Part shown: piece after piece, positions 1-15,000 of the stretch
How positions within the stretch are numbered: position 1 is the stretch's first letter
Layout of the letters: every line of letters begins with the position of its first letter
DNA from: Paragordius varius
Taxonomy: Eukaryota > Animalia > Nematomorpha
NCBI GenBank assembly: GCA_964247055.1
Contig: OZ176056.1
Location: 186,001 to 250,000, forward strand
DNA length: 64,000 bases
Direction of reading: 5' to 3'
Translations under genes and position numbers: made by a program
Notes under the pieces: generated by a model
Database searches by the model: none
What the model was told of the DNA's origin: nothing
Seen by the model: the letters and a program-made list of their open reading frames with translations, nothing else

Positions 1-3000
1 AATAAAAATGGCTACCTAAAATCCAAATTTGATCAGGTGATGTCACCATAATTTTTTTTGGGTAGCCCTATGGTAGTTCCATCATCACCCCAAATATTTT
101 GGGGATCGGAGTATAAATGTAATTTTTATGAATTTTTTAAATATTTAAAAAATTTATTTTATACGATTTTAAAAATAAAAATGGCTACCTAAAATCCAAA
201 TTTGATCAGGTGATGTCACTATAATTTTTTTTGGGTAGCCCTATGGTAGTTCCATCATCACCCCAAATATTTTGGGGATCGGACTATAAATGTAATTTTT
301 ATGAATTTTTTAAATATTTAAAAAATTTATTTTATACGATTTTAAAAATAAAAATGGCTACCTAAAATCCAAATTTGATCAGGTGATGTCGCCATAATTT
401 TTTTTGGGTAGCCCTATGGTAGTTCCATCATCACCCCAAATATTTTGGGGATCGGAGTATGAATGTAATTTTTATGAATTTTTTAAATATTTAAAAAATT
501 TATTTTACACGATTTTAAAAATAAAAATGGCTACCTAAAATCCAAATTTGATCAGGTGATGTCACCATAATTTTTTTTGGGTAGCCCTATGGTAGTTCCA
601 TTATCACCCCAAATATTTTCGAGATCGGAGTATAAATGTAATTTTTATGAATTTTTTAAATATTTAAAAAATTTATTTTATACGATTTTAAAAATAAAAA
701 TGGCTACCTAAAATCCAAATTTGATCAGGTGATGTCACCATAATTTTTTTTGGGTAGCCCTATGGTAGTTCCATCATCACCCCAAATATTTTGGGGATCG
801 GACTATAAATGTAATTTTTATGAATTTTTTAAATATTTAAAAAATTTATTTTATACGATTTTAAAAATAAAAATGGCTACCTAAAATCCAAATTTGATCA
901 GGTGATGTCACCATAATTTTTTTTGGGTAGCCCTATGGTAGTTCCATCATCACCCCAAATATTTTGGGGATCGGACTATAAATGTAATTTTTATGAATTT
1001 TTTAAATATTTAAAAAATTTATTTTATACGATTTTAAAAATAAAAATGGCTACCTAAAATCCAAATTTGATCAGGTGATGTCACCATAATTTTTTTTGGG
1101 TAGCCCTATGGTAGTTCCATTATCACCCCAAATATTTTCGAGATCGGAGTATAAATGTAATTTTTATGAATTTTTTAAATATTTAAAAAATTTATTTTAT
1201 ACGATTTTAAAAATAAAAATGGCTACCTAAAATCCAAATTTGATCAGGTGATGTCGCCATAATTTTTTTTGGGTAGCCCTATGGTAGTTCCATCATCACC
1301 CCAAATATTGTCGAAATCGGAGTATAAATGTAATTTTTTTGAATTTTTTAAATATTTAAAAAATTTATTTTATACGATTTTAAAAATAAAAATGGCTACC
1401 TAAAATCCAAATTTGATCAGGTGATGTTGCCATAATTTTTTTTGCGTAGCCCTATGGTAGTTCCATCATCACCCCAAATATTTTGGGGATCGGACTATAA
1501 ATGTAATTTTTATGAATTTTTTAAATATTTAAAAAATTTATTTTATACGATTTTAAAAATAAAAATGTCTACCTAAAATTAAATTTGATCAGGTGATGTC
1601 ACCATAATTTTTTTTGGGTAGCCCTATGGTAGTTCCATCATCACCCCAAATATTTTCGAGATCGGAGTATAAATGTAATTTTTATGAATTTTTTAAATAT
1701 TTAAAAAATTTATTTAATACGATTTTAAAAATAAAAATGGCTACCTAAAATCCAAATTTGATCAGGTGATGTCACCATAATTTTTTTTGGGTAGCCCTAT
1801 GGTAGTTCCATTATCACCCCAAATATTTTCGAGATCGGAGTATAAATGTAATTTTTATGAATTTTTTAAATATTTAAAAAATTTATTTTATACGATTTTA
1901 AAAATAAAAATGGCTACCTAAAATCCAAATTTGATCAGGTGATGTCGCCATAATTTTTTTTGGGTAGCCCTATGGTAGTTCCATCATCACCCCAAATATT
2001 GTCGAGATCGGAGTATAAATGTAATTTTTTTGAATTTTTTAAATATTTAAAAAATTTATTTTATACGATTTTAAAAATAAAAATGGCTACCTAAAATCCA
2101 AATTTGATCAGGTGATGTCACCATAATTTTTTTTGGGTAGCCCTATGGTAGTTCCATTATCACCCCAAATATTTTGGGGATCGGACTATAAATGTAATTT
2201 TTATGAATTTTTTAAATATTTAAAAAATTTATTTTATACGATTTTAAAAATAAAAATGGCTACCTAAAATCCAAATTTGATCAGGTGATGTCGCCATAAA
2301 TTTTTTTGGGTAGCCCTATGGTAGTTCCATCATCAGCCCAAATATTGTCGAGATCGGAGTATAAATGTAATTTTTTTGAATTTTTTAAATATTTAAAAAA
2401 TTTATTTTATACGATTTTAAAAATAAAAATGGCTACCTAAAATCCAAATTTGATCAGGTGATGTCGCCATAATTTTTTTTGGGTAGCCCTATGGTAGTTC
2501 CATCATCACCCCAAATATTGTCGAGATCGGAGTATAAATGTAATTTTTTTGAATTTTTTAAATATTTAAAAAATTTATTTTATACGATTTTAAAAATAAA
2601 AATGGCTGCCTAAAATCCAAATTTGATCAGGTGATGTCGCCATAATTTTTTTTGGGTAGCCCTATGGTAGTTCCATTATCACCCCAAATATTTTCGAGAT
2701 CGGAGTATAAATGTAATTTTTATGAATTTTTTAAATATTTAAAAAATTTATTTTATACGATTTTAAAAATAAAAATGGCTACCTAAACAAATTTGATCAG
2801 GTGATGTCGCCATAATTTTTTTTGGGTAGCCCTATTTCCATCATCACCCCAAATATTTTGGGGATCGGACTATAAATGTAATTTTTTTGAATTTTTTAAA
2901 TATTTAAAAAATTTATTTAATACGATTTTAAAAATAAAAATGGCTACCTAAAATCCAAATTTGATCAGGTGATGTCGCCATAATTTTTTTTGGGTAGCCC

Positions 3001-6000
3001 TATGGTAGTTCCATCATCACCCCAAATATTTTGGGGATCGGACTATAAATGTAATTTTTATGAATTTTTTAAATATTTAAAAAATTTATTTTATACGATT
3101 TTAAAAATAAAAATGGCTACCTAAAATCCAAATTTGATCAGGTGATGTCACCATAATTTTTTTTGGGTAGCCCTATGGTAGTTCCATCATCACCCCAAAT
3201 ATTTTGGGGATCGGACTATAAATGTAATTTTTATGAATTTTTTAAATATTTAAAAAATTTATTTTATACGATTTTAAAAATAAAAATGGCTACCTAAAAT
3301 CCAAATTTGATCAGGTGATGTCGCCATAATTTTTTTTGGGTAGCCCTATGGTAGTTCCATCATCACCCCAAATATTGTCGAGATCGGAGTATAAATGTAA
3401 TTTTTTTGAATTTTTTAAATATTTAAAAAATTTATTTTATACGATTTTAAAAATAAAAATGGCTGCCTAAAATCCAAATTTGATCAGGTGATGTCGCCAT
3501 AATTTTTTTTGGGTAGCCCTATGGTAGTTCCATCATCACCCCAAATATTTTCGAAATCGGAGTATAAATGTAATTTTTATGAATTTTTTAAATATTCAAA
3601 AAATTTATTTTATACGATTTTAAAAATAAAAATGGCTGCCTAAAATCCAAATTTGATCAGGTGATGTCGCCATAATTTTTTTTGCGTAGCCCTATGGTAG
3701 TTCCATCATCACCCCAAATATTTTGGGGATCGGACTATAAATGTAATTTTTATGAATTTTTAAAATATTTAAAAAATTTATTTTATACGATTTTAAAAAT
3801 AAAAATGGCTACCTAAAATTAAATTTGATCAGGTGATGTCACTATAATTTTTTTGGGTAGCCCTATGGTAGTTCCATCATCACCCCAAATATTTTGGGGA
3901 TCGGACTATAAATGTAATTTTTATGAATTTTTTAAATAGTTAAAAAATTTATTTTATACGATTTTAAAAATAAAAATGGCTACCTAAAATCCAAATTTGA
4001 TCAGGTGATGTCACCATAATTTTTTTTGGGTAGCCCTATGGTAGTTCCATCATCACCCCAAATATTTTGGGGATCGGACTATAAATGTAATTTTTATGAA
4101 TTTTTTAAATATTTAAAAAATTTATTTTATACGATTTTAAAAATAAAAATGGCTACCTAAAATCCAAATTTGATCAGGTGATGTCGCCATAATTTTTTTT
4201 GGGTAGCCCTATGGTAGTTCCATCATCACCCCAAATATTGTCGAGATCGGAGTATAAATGTAATTTTTTTGAATTTTTTAAATATTTAAAAAATTTATTT
4301 AATACGATTTTAAAAATAAAAATGGCTACCTAAAATCCAAATTTGATCAGGTGATGTCACCATAATTTTTTTTGGGTAGCCCTATGGTAGTTCCATCATC
4401 ACCCCAAATATTTTGGGGATCGGACTTTAAATGTAATTTTTATGAATTTTTTAAATATTTAAAAAATTTATTTTATACGATTTTAAAAATAAAAATGGCT
4501 ACCTAAAATCCAAATTTGATCAGGTGATGTCGCCATAATTTTTTTTGGGTAGCCCTATGGTAGTTCCATCATCACCCCAAATATTTTGGGGATCGGACTA
4601 TAAATGTAATTTTTATGAATTTTTTAAATATTTAAAAAATTTATTTTATACGATTTTAAAAATAAAAATGGCTACCTAAAATCCAAATTTGATCAGGTGA
4701 TGTCACCATAATTTTTTTTGGGTAGCCCTATGGTAGTTCCATCATCACCCCAAATATTGTCGAGATCGGAGTATAAATGTAATTTTTTTGAATTTTTTAA
4801 ATATTTAAAAAATTTATTTAATACGATTTTAAAAATAAAAATGGCTACCTAAAATCCAAATTTGATCAGGTGATGTCACCATAATTTTTTTTGGGTAGCC
4901 CTATGGTAGTTCCATTATCACCCCAAATATTTTCGAGATCGGAGTATAAATGTAATTTTTATGAATTTTTTAAATATTTAAAAAATTTATTTTATACGAT
5001 TTTAAAAATAAAAATGGCTACCTAAAATCCAAATTTGATCAGGTGATGTCACCATAATTTTTTTTGGGTAGCCCTATGGTAGTTCCATCATCACCCCAAA
5101 TATTTTGGGGATCGGACTATAAATGTAATTTTTATGAATTTTTTAAATATTTAAAAAATTTATTTTATACGATTTTAAAAATAAAAATGGCTACCTAAAA
5201 TCCAAATTTGATCAGGTGATGTCACCATAATTTTTTTTGGGTAGCCCTATGGTAGTTCCATTATCACCCCAAATATTTTCGAGATCGGAGTATAAATGTA
5301 ATTTTTATGAATTTTTTAAATATTTAAAAAATTTATTTTATACGATTTTAAAAATAAAAATGGCTACCTAAAATCCAAATTTGATCAGGTGATGTCACCA
5401 TAATTTTTTTTGGGTAGCCCTATGGTAGTTCCATCATCACCCCAAATATTTTGGGGATCGGACTATAAATGTAATTTTTATGAATTTTTTAAATATTTAA
5501 AAAATTTATTTTATACGATTTTAAAAATAAAAATGGCTACCTAAAATCCAAATTTGATCAGGTGATGTCACCATAATTTTTTTTGGGTAGCCCTATGGTA
5601 GTTCCATCATCACCCCAAATATTTTGGGGATCGGACTATAAATGTAATTTTTATGAATTTTTTAAATATTTAAAAAATTTATTTTATACGATTTTAAAAA
5701 TAAAAATGGCTACCTAAAATCCAAATTTGATCAGGTGATGTCACCATAATTTTTTTTGGGTAGCCCTATGGTAGTTCCATTATCACCCCAAATATTTTCG
5801 AGATCGGAGTATAAATGTAATTTTTATGAATTTTTTAAATATTTAAAAAATTTATTTTATACGATTTTAAAAATAAAAATGGCTACCTAAAATCCAAATT
5901 TGATCAGGTGATGTCGCCATAATTTTTTTTGGGTAGCCCTATGGTAGTTCCATCATCACCCCAAATATTTTGGGGATCGGACTATAAATGTAATTTTTAT

Positions 6001-9000
6001 GAATTTTTTAAATATTTAAAAAATTTATTTTATACGATTTTAAAAATAAAAATGTCTACCTAAAATTAAATTTGATCAGGTGATGTCACCATAATTTTTT
6101 TTGGGTAGCCCTATGGTAGTTCCATCATCACCCCAAATATTTTCGAGATCGGAGTATAAATGTAATTTTTATGAATTTTTTAAATATTTAAAAAATTTAT
6201 TTAATACGATTTTAAAAATAAAAATGGCTACCTAAAATCCAAATTTGATCAGGTGATGTCACCATAATTTTTTTTGGGTAGCCCTATGGTAGTTCCATTA
6301 TCACCCCAAATATTTTCGAGATCGGAGTATAAATGTAATTTTTATGAATTTTTTAAATATTTAAAAAATTTATTTTATACGATTTTAAAAATAAAAATGG
6401 CTACCTAAAATCCAAATTTGATCAGGTGATGTCGCCATAATTTTTTTTGGGTAGCCCTATGGTAGTTCCATCATCACCCCAAATATTGTCGAGATCGGAG
6501 TATAAATGTAATTTTTTTGAATTTTTTAAATATTTAAAAAATTTATTTTATACGATTTTAAAAATAAAAATGGCTACCTAAAATCCAAATTTGATCAGGT
6601 GATGTCACCATAATTTTTTTTGGGTAGCCCTATGGTAGTTCCATTATCACCCCAAATATTTTGGGGATCGGACTATAAATGTAATTTTTATGAATTTTTT
6701 AAATATTTAAAAAATTTATTTTATACGATTTTAAAAATAAAAATGGCTACCTAAAATCCAAATTTGATCAGGTGATGTCGCCATAAATTTTTTTGGGTAG
6801 CCCTATGGTAGTTCCATCATCACCCCAAATATTGTCGAGATCGGAGTATAAATGTAATTTTTTTGAATTTTTTAAATATTTAAAAAATTTATTTTATACG
6901 ATTTTAAAAATAAAAATGGCTACCTAAAATCCAAATTTGATCAGGTGATGTCGCCATAATTTTTTTTGGGTAGCCCTATGGTAGTTCCATCATCACCCCA
7001 AATATTGTCGAGATCGGAGTATAAATGTAATTTTTTTGAATTTTTTAAATATTTAAAAAATTTATTTTATACGATTTTAAAAATAAAAATGGCTGCCTAA
7101 AATCCAAATTTGATCAGGTGATGTCGCCATAATTTTTTTTGGGTAGCCCTATGGTAGTTCCATTATCACCCCAAATATTTTCGAGATCGGAGTATAAATG
7201 TAATTTTTATGAATTTTTTAAATATTTAAAAAATTTATTTTATACGATTTTAAAAATAAAAATGGCTACCTAAACAAATTTGATCAGGTGATGTCGCCAT
7301 AATTTTTTTTGGGTAGCCCTATTTCCATCATCACCCCAAATATTTTGGGGATCGGACTATAAATGTAATTTTTTTGAATTTTTTAAATATTTAAAAAATT
7401 TATTTAATACGATTTTAAAAATAAAAATGGCTACCTAAAATCCAAATTTGATCAGGTGATGTCGCCATAATTTTTTTTGGGTAGCCCTATGGTAGTTCCA
7501 TCATCACCCCAAATATTTTGGGGATCGGACTATAAATGTAATTTTTATGAATTTTTTAAATATTTAAAAAATTTATTTTATACGATTTTAAAAATAAAAA
7601 TGGCTACCTAAAATCCAAATTTGATCAGGTGATGTCACCATAATTTTTTTTGGGTAGCCCTATGGTAGTTCCATCATCACCCCAAATATTTTGGGGATCG
7701 GACTATAAATGTAATTTTTATGAATTTTTTAAATATTTAAAAAATTTATTTTATACGATTTTAAAAATAAAAATGGCTACCTAAAATCCAAATTTGATCA
7801 GGTGATGTCGCCATAATTTTTTTTGGGTAGCCCTATGGTAGTTCCATCATCACCCCAAATATTGTCGAGATCGGAGTATAAATGTAATTTTTTTGAATTT
7901 TTTAAATATTTAAAAAATTTATTTTATACGATTTTAAAAATAAAAATGGCTGCCTAAAATCCAAATTTGATCAGGTGATGTCGCCATAATTTTTTTTGGG
8001 TAGCCCTATGGTAGTTCCATCATCACCCCAAATATTTTCGAAATCGGAGTATAAATGTAATTTTTATGAATTTTTTAAATATTCAAAAAATTTATTTTAT
8101 ACGATTTTAAAAATAAAAATGGCTGCCTAAAATCCAAATTTGATCAGGTGATGTCACCATAATTTTTTTTGGGTAGCCCTATGGTAGTTCCATCATCACC
8201 CCAAATATTGTCGAGATCGGAGTATAAATGTAATTTTTTTGAATTTTTTAAATATTTAAAAAATTTATTTAATACGATTTTAAAAATAAAAATGGCTACC
8301 TAAAATCCAAATTTGATCAGGTGATGTCACCATAATTTTTTTTGGGTAGCCCTATGGTAGTTCCATTATCACCCCAAATATTTTCGAGATCGGAGTATAA
8401 ATGTAATTTTTATGAATTTTTTAAATATTTAAAAAATTTATTTTATACGATTTTAAAAATAAAAATGGCTACCTAAAATCCAAATTTGATCAGGTGATGT
8501 CGCCATAATTTTTTTTGCGTAGCCCTATGGTAGTTCTATCATCACCCCAAATATTTTGGGGATCGGACAATAAATGTAATTTTTATGAATTTTTTAAATA
8601 TTTAAAAAATTTATTTTATACGATTTTAAAAATAAAAATGGCTACCTAAAATCCAAATTTGATCAGGTGATGTCACCATAATTTTTTTTGGGTAGCCCTA
8701 TGGTAGTTCCATCATCACCCCAAATATTTTGGGGATCGGACTATAAATGTAATTTTTATGAATTTTTTAAATATTTAAAAAATTTATTTTATACGATTTT
8801 AAAAATAAAAATGGCTACCTAAAATCCAAATTTGATCAGGTGATGTCGCCATAATTTTTTTTGCGTAGCCCTATGGTAGTTCTATCATCACCCCAAATAT
8901 TTTGGGGATCGGACAATAAATGTAATTTTTATGAATTTTTAAATATTTAAAAAATTTTTTTTTATACGATTTTAAAAATAAAAATGGCTACCTAAAATCC

Positions 9001-12000
9001 AAATTTGATCAGGTGATGTCACCATAATTTTTTTTGGGTAGCCCTATGGTAGTTCCATCATCACCCCAAATATTTTCGAGATCGGAATATAAATGTAATT
9101 TTTATGAATTTTTTAAATATTTAAAAATCTATTTTATACGATTTTAAAAATAAAAATGGCTACCTAAAATCCAAATTTGATCAGGTGATGTCACCATAAT
9201 TTTTTTTGGGTAGCCCTATGGTAGTTCCATCATCACCCCAAATATTGTGGAGATCGGAGTATAAATGTATTTTTTTTGGATTTTTTAAATATTTAAAAAA
9301 TTTATTTTATACGATTTTAAAAATAAAAATGGCTCCCTAAAATCCAAATTTGATCAGGTGATGTCGCCATAATTTTTTTTGGGTAGCCCTATGGTAGTTC
9401 CATCATCACCCCAAATATTTTGGGGATCGGACTATAAATGTAATTTTTATGAATTTTTTAAATATTTAAAAAATCTATTTTATACGATTTTAAAAATAAA
9501 AATGGCTACCTAAAATCCAAATTTGATCAGGTGATGTCACCATAATTTTTTTTGGGTAGCCCTATGGTAGTTCCATCATCACCCCAAATATTTTCGAGAT
9601 CGGAATATAAATGTAATTTTTATGAATTTTTTAAATATTTAAAAATCTATTTTATACGATTTTAAAAATAAAAATGGCTACCTAAAATCCAAATTTGATC
9701 AGGTGATGTCACCATAATTTTTTTTGGGTAGCCCTATGGTAGTTCCATCATCACCCCAAATATTTTGGGGATCGGACTATAAATGTAATTTTTATGAATT
9801 TTTTAAATATTTAAAAAATTTATTTTATACGATTTTAAAAATAAAAATGGCTACCTAAAATCCAAATTTGATCAGGTGATGTCGCCATAATTTTTTTTGC
9901 GTAGCCCTATGGTAGTTCTATCATCACCCCAAATATTTTGGGGATCGGACAATAAATGTAATTTTTATGAATTTTTAAATATTTAAAAAAATTTTTTTTA
10001 TACGATTTTAAAAATAAAAATGGCTACCTAAAATCCAAATTTGATCAGGTGATGTCACCATAATTTTTTTTGGGTAGCCCTATGGTAGTTCCATCATCAC
10101 CCCAAATATTTTCGAGATCGGAATATAAATGTAATTTTTATGAATTTTTTAAATATTTAAAAATCTATTTTATACGATTTTAAAAATAAAAATGGCTACC
10201 TAAAATCCAAATTTGATCAGGTGATGTCACCATAATTTTTTTTGGGTAGCCCTATGGTAGTTCCATCATCACCCCAAATATTGTGGAGATCGGAGTATAA
10301 ATGTATTTTTTTTGGATTTTTTAAATATTTAAAAAATTTATTTTATACGATTTTAAAAATAAAAATGGCTCCCTAAAATCCAAATTTGATCAGGTGATGT
10401 CGCCATAATTTTTTTTGGGTAGCCCTATGGTAGTTCCATCATCACCCCAAATATTTTGGGGATCGGACTATAAATGTAATTTTTATGAATTTTTTAAATA
10501 TTTAAAAAATCTATTTTATACGATTTTAAAAATAAAAATGGCTACCTAAAATCCAAATTTGATCAGGTGATGTCGCCATAATTTTTTTTGGGTAGCCCTA
10601 TAGTAGTTCCATCATCACCCCAAATATTTTCAAGATCGGAGTATAAATGTAATTTTTATGAATTTTTTAAATATTTAAAAAATTTATTTTATACGATTTT
10701 AAAAATAAAAATGGCTACCTAAAATCCAAATTTGATCAGGTGATGTTACCATAATTTTTTTTGGGTAGCCCTATGGTAGTTCCATCATCATCCCAAATAT
10801 TTTCGAGATCGGAGTATAAATGTAATTTTTATGAATTTTTTAAATATTTAAAAAATTTATTTTATACGATTTTAAAAATAAAAATGGCTACCTAAAATCC
10901 AAATTTGATCAGGTGATGTCGCCATAATTTTTTTTGCTAGCCCTATGGTAGTTCCATCATCACCCCGAATACTTTGGGGATCGGACTATAAATGTAATTT
11001 TTATGAATTTTTTAAATATTTAAAAAATTTATTTTATACGATTTTAAAAATAAAAATGGCCACCTAAAATCCAAATTTGATCAGGTGATGTCGCCATAAT
11101 TTTTTTTGGGTAGCCCGATGGTAGTTCCATCATCACCCCAAATATTTTGGGGATCGGACTATAAATGTAATTTTTATGAATTTTTTAAATATTTAAAAAA
11201 TCTATTTTATACGATTTTAAAAATAAAAATGGCTACCTAAAATCCAAATTTGATCAGGTGATGTCACCATAATTTTTTTTGGGTAGCCCTATGGTAGTTC
11301 CATCATCACCCCAAATATTGTCGAGATCGGAGTATAAATGTAATTTTTTTGGATTTTTTAAATATTTAAAAAATTTATTTTATACGATTTAAAAAATAAA
11401 AATGGCTACCTAAAATCCAAATTTGATCAGTTGATGTCGCCATAATTTTTTTTGGGTAGCGCTATGGTAGTTCCATCATCACCCCGAATACTTTGGGGAT
11501 CGGACTATAAATGTAATTTTTATGAATTTTTTAAATATTTAAAAAATTTATTTTATACGATTTTAAAAATAAAAATGGCCACCTAAAATCCAAATTTGAT
11601 CAGGTGATGTCGCCATAATTTTTTTTGGGTAGCCCGATGGTAGTTCCATCATCACCCCAAATATTTTGGGGATCGGACTATAAATGTAATTTTTATGAAT
11701 TTTTTAAATATTTAAAAAATTTATTTTATACGATTTTAAAAATAAAAATGGCTACCTAAAATCCAAATTTGATCAGGTGATGTCACCATAATTTTTTTTG
11801 GGTAGCCCTATGGTAGTTCCATCATCACCCCAAATATTTTCGAGATCGGAGTATAAATGTAATTTTTATGAATTTTTTAAATATTTAAAAAATTGATTTT
11901 ATACGATTTTAAAAATAAAAATGGCTACCTAAAATCCAAATTTGATCAGGTGATGTCACCATATTTTTTTTGGGTAGCCCTATGGTAGTTCCATCATAAC

Positions 12001-15000
12001 CCCAAATATTTTTGAGATCGGACTTTAAATGTAATTTTTATGAATTTTTTAAATATTTAAAAAATTTATTTTATACGATTTTAAAAATAAAAATGGCTAC
12101 CTAAAATCCAAATTTGATCAGGTGATGTCACTATAATTTTTTTGGGTAGCCCTATGGTAGTTCCATCATCACCCCAAATATTTTTGAGATCGGACTATAA
12201 ATGTAATTTTTATGAATTTTTTAAATATTTAAAAAATTTATTTTATACGATTTTAAAAATAAAAATGGCTACCTAAAATCCAAATTTGATCAGGTGATGT
12301 CGCCATAATTTTTTTTGGGTAGCCCTATGGTAGTTCCATCATCACCCCGAATACTTTGAGGATCGGACTATAAATGTAATTTTTATGAATTTTTTAAATA
12401 TTTAAATTTATTTTATACGATTTTAAAAATAAAAATGGCTACCTAAAATCCAAATTTGATCAGGTGATGTCGCCATAATTTTTTTTGGGGTAGCCCTATA
12501 GTAGTTCCATCATCACCCCAAATATTTTGGGGATCGGAGTATAAATGTAATTTTTATGAATTTTTTAAATATTTAAAAAATTTATTTTATACGATTTTAA
12601 AAATAAAAATGGCTACCTAAAATCCAAATTTGATCAGGTGATGTCGCCATAATTTTTTTTGGGTAGCGCTATTCCATCATCACCCCAAATATTTTGGGGA
12701 TCGGACTATAAATGTAATTTTTATGAATTTTTAAAATATTTAAAAAATTTATTTTATACGATTTTAAAAATAAAAATGGCTACCTAAAATCCAAATTTGA
12801 TCAGGTGATGTCACCATAATTTTTTTTAGGTAGCCCTATGGTAGTTCCATCATCACCCCAAATATTGTCGAGATCGGAGTATAAATGTAATTTTTTTGAA
12901 TTTTTTAAATATTTAAAAAATTTATTTTATACGATTTTAAAAATAAAAATGGCTACCTAAAATCCAAATTTGATCAGGTGATGTCACCATAATTTTTTTT
13001 GGGTAGCCCTATGGTAGTTCCATCATCACCCCAAATATTGTCGAGATCGGAGTATAAATGTAATTTTTTTGAATTTTTTAAATATTTAAAAAATTTATTT
13101 TATACGATTTTAAAAATAAAAATGGCTACCTAAAATCCAAATTTGATCAGGTGATGTCACCATAATTTTTTTTGCGTAGCCCTATGGTAGTTCCATCATC
13201 ACCCCAAATATTTTGGGGATCGGACTATAAATGTAATTTTTATGAATTTTTTAAATATTTAAAAAATTTATTTTATACGATTTTAAAAATAAAAATGGCT
13301 ACCTAAAATCCAAATTTGATCAGGTGATGTCGCCATAATTTTTTTGGGTAGCCCTATGGTAGTTCCATCATCACCCCAAATATTTTGGGGATCGGACTAT
13401 AAATGTAATTTTTATGAATTTTTTAAATATTTAAAAAATTTATTTTATACGATTTTAAAAATAAAAATGGCTACCTAAAATCCAAATTTGATCAGGTGAT
13501 GTCGCCATAATTTTTTTGGGTAGCCCTATGGTAGTTCCATCATCACCCCAAATATTTTCGAGATCGGAGTATAAATGTAATTTTTATGAATTTTTTAAAT
13601 ATTTAAAAAATTTATTTTATACGATTTTAAAAATAAAAATGGCTACCTAAAATCCAAATTTGATCAGGTGATGTCGCCATAATTTTTTTTGCGTAGTCCT
13701 ATGGTAGTTCCATCATCACCCCAAATATTTTGGGGATCGGACTATAAATGTAATTTTTATGAATATTTAAAAAATTTATTTTATACGATTTTAAAAATAA
13801 AAATGGCTATCTAAAATCCAAATTTGATCAGGTGATGTCACCATAATTTTTTTTGGGTAGCCCTATGGTAGTTCCATCATCACCCCAAATATTGTCGAGA
13901 TCGGAGTATAAATGTAATTTTTTTGAATTTTTTAAATATTTAAAAAATTTATTTTATACGATTTTAAAAATAAAAATGGCTACCTAAAATCCAAATTTGA
14001 TCAGGTGATGTCACCATAATTTTTTTGCGTAGCCCTATGGTAGTTCCATCATCACCCCAAATATTTTGGGGATCGGACTATAAATGTAATTTTTATGAAT
14101 TTTTTAAATATTTAAAAAATTTATTTTATACGATTTTAAAAATAAAAATGGCTACCTAAAATCCAAATTTGATCAGGTGATGTCGCCATAATTTTTTTGG
14201 GTAGCCCTATGGTAGTTCCATCATCACCCCAAATATTTTGGGGATCGGACTATAAATGTAATTTTTTTGAATTTTTTAAATATTTAAAAAATTTATTTTA
14301 TACGATTTTAAAAATAAAAATGGCTACCTAAAATCCAAATTTGATCAGGTGATGTCACCATAATTTTTTTTGCGTAGCCCTATGGTAGTTCCATCATCAC
14401 CCCAAATATTTTGGGGATCGGACTATAAATGTAATTTTTATGAATTTTTTAAATATTTAAAAAATTTATTTTATACGATTTTAAAAATAAAAATGGCTAC
14501 CTAAAATCCAAATTTGATCAGGTGATGTCGCCATAATTTTTTTGGGTAGCCCTATGGTAGTTCCATCATCACCCCAAATATTTTGGGGATCGGACTATAA
14601 ATGTAATTTTTATGAATTTTTTAAATATTTAAAAAATTTATTTTATACGATTTTAAAAATAAAAATGGCTACCTAAAATCCAAATTTGATCAGGTGATGT
14701 CGCCATAATTTTTTTGGGTAGCCCTATGGTAGTTCCATAATCACCCCAAATATTTTCGAGATCGGAGTATAAATGTAATTTTTATGAATTTTTTAAATAT
14801 TTAAAAAATTTATTTTATACGATTTTAAAAATAAAAATGGCTACCTAAAATCCAAATTTGATCAGGTGATGTCGCCATAATTTTTTTTGGGTAGCCCTAT
14901 GGTAGTTCCATCATCACCCCAAATATTTTCGAGATCGGAGTATAAATGTAATTTTTATGAATTTTTTAAATATTTAAAAAATTTATTTTATACGATTTTA

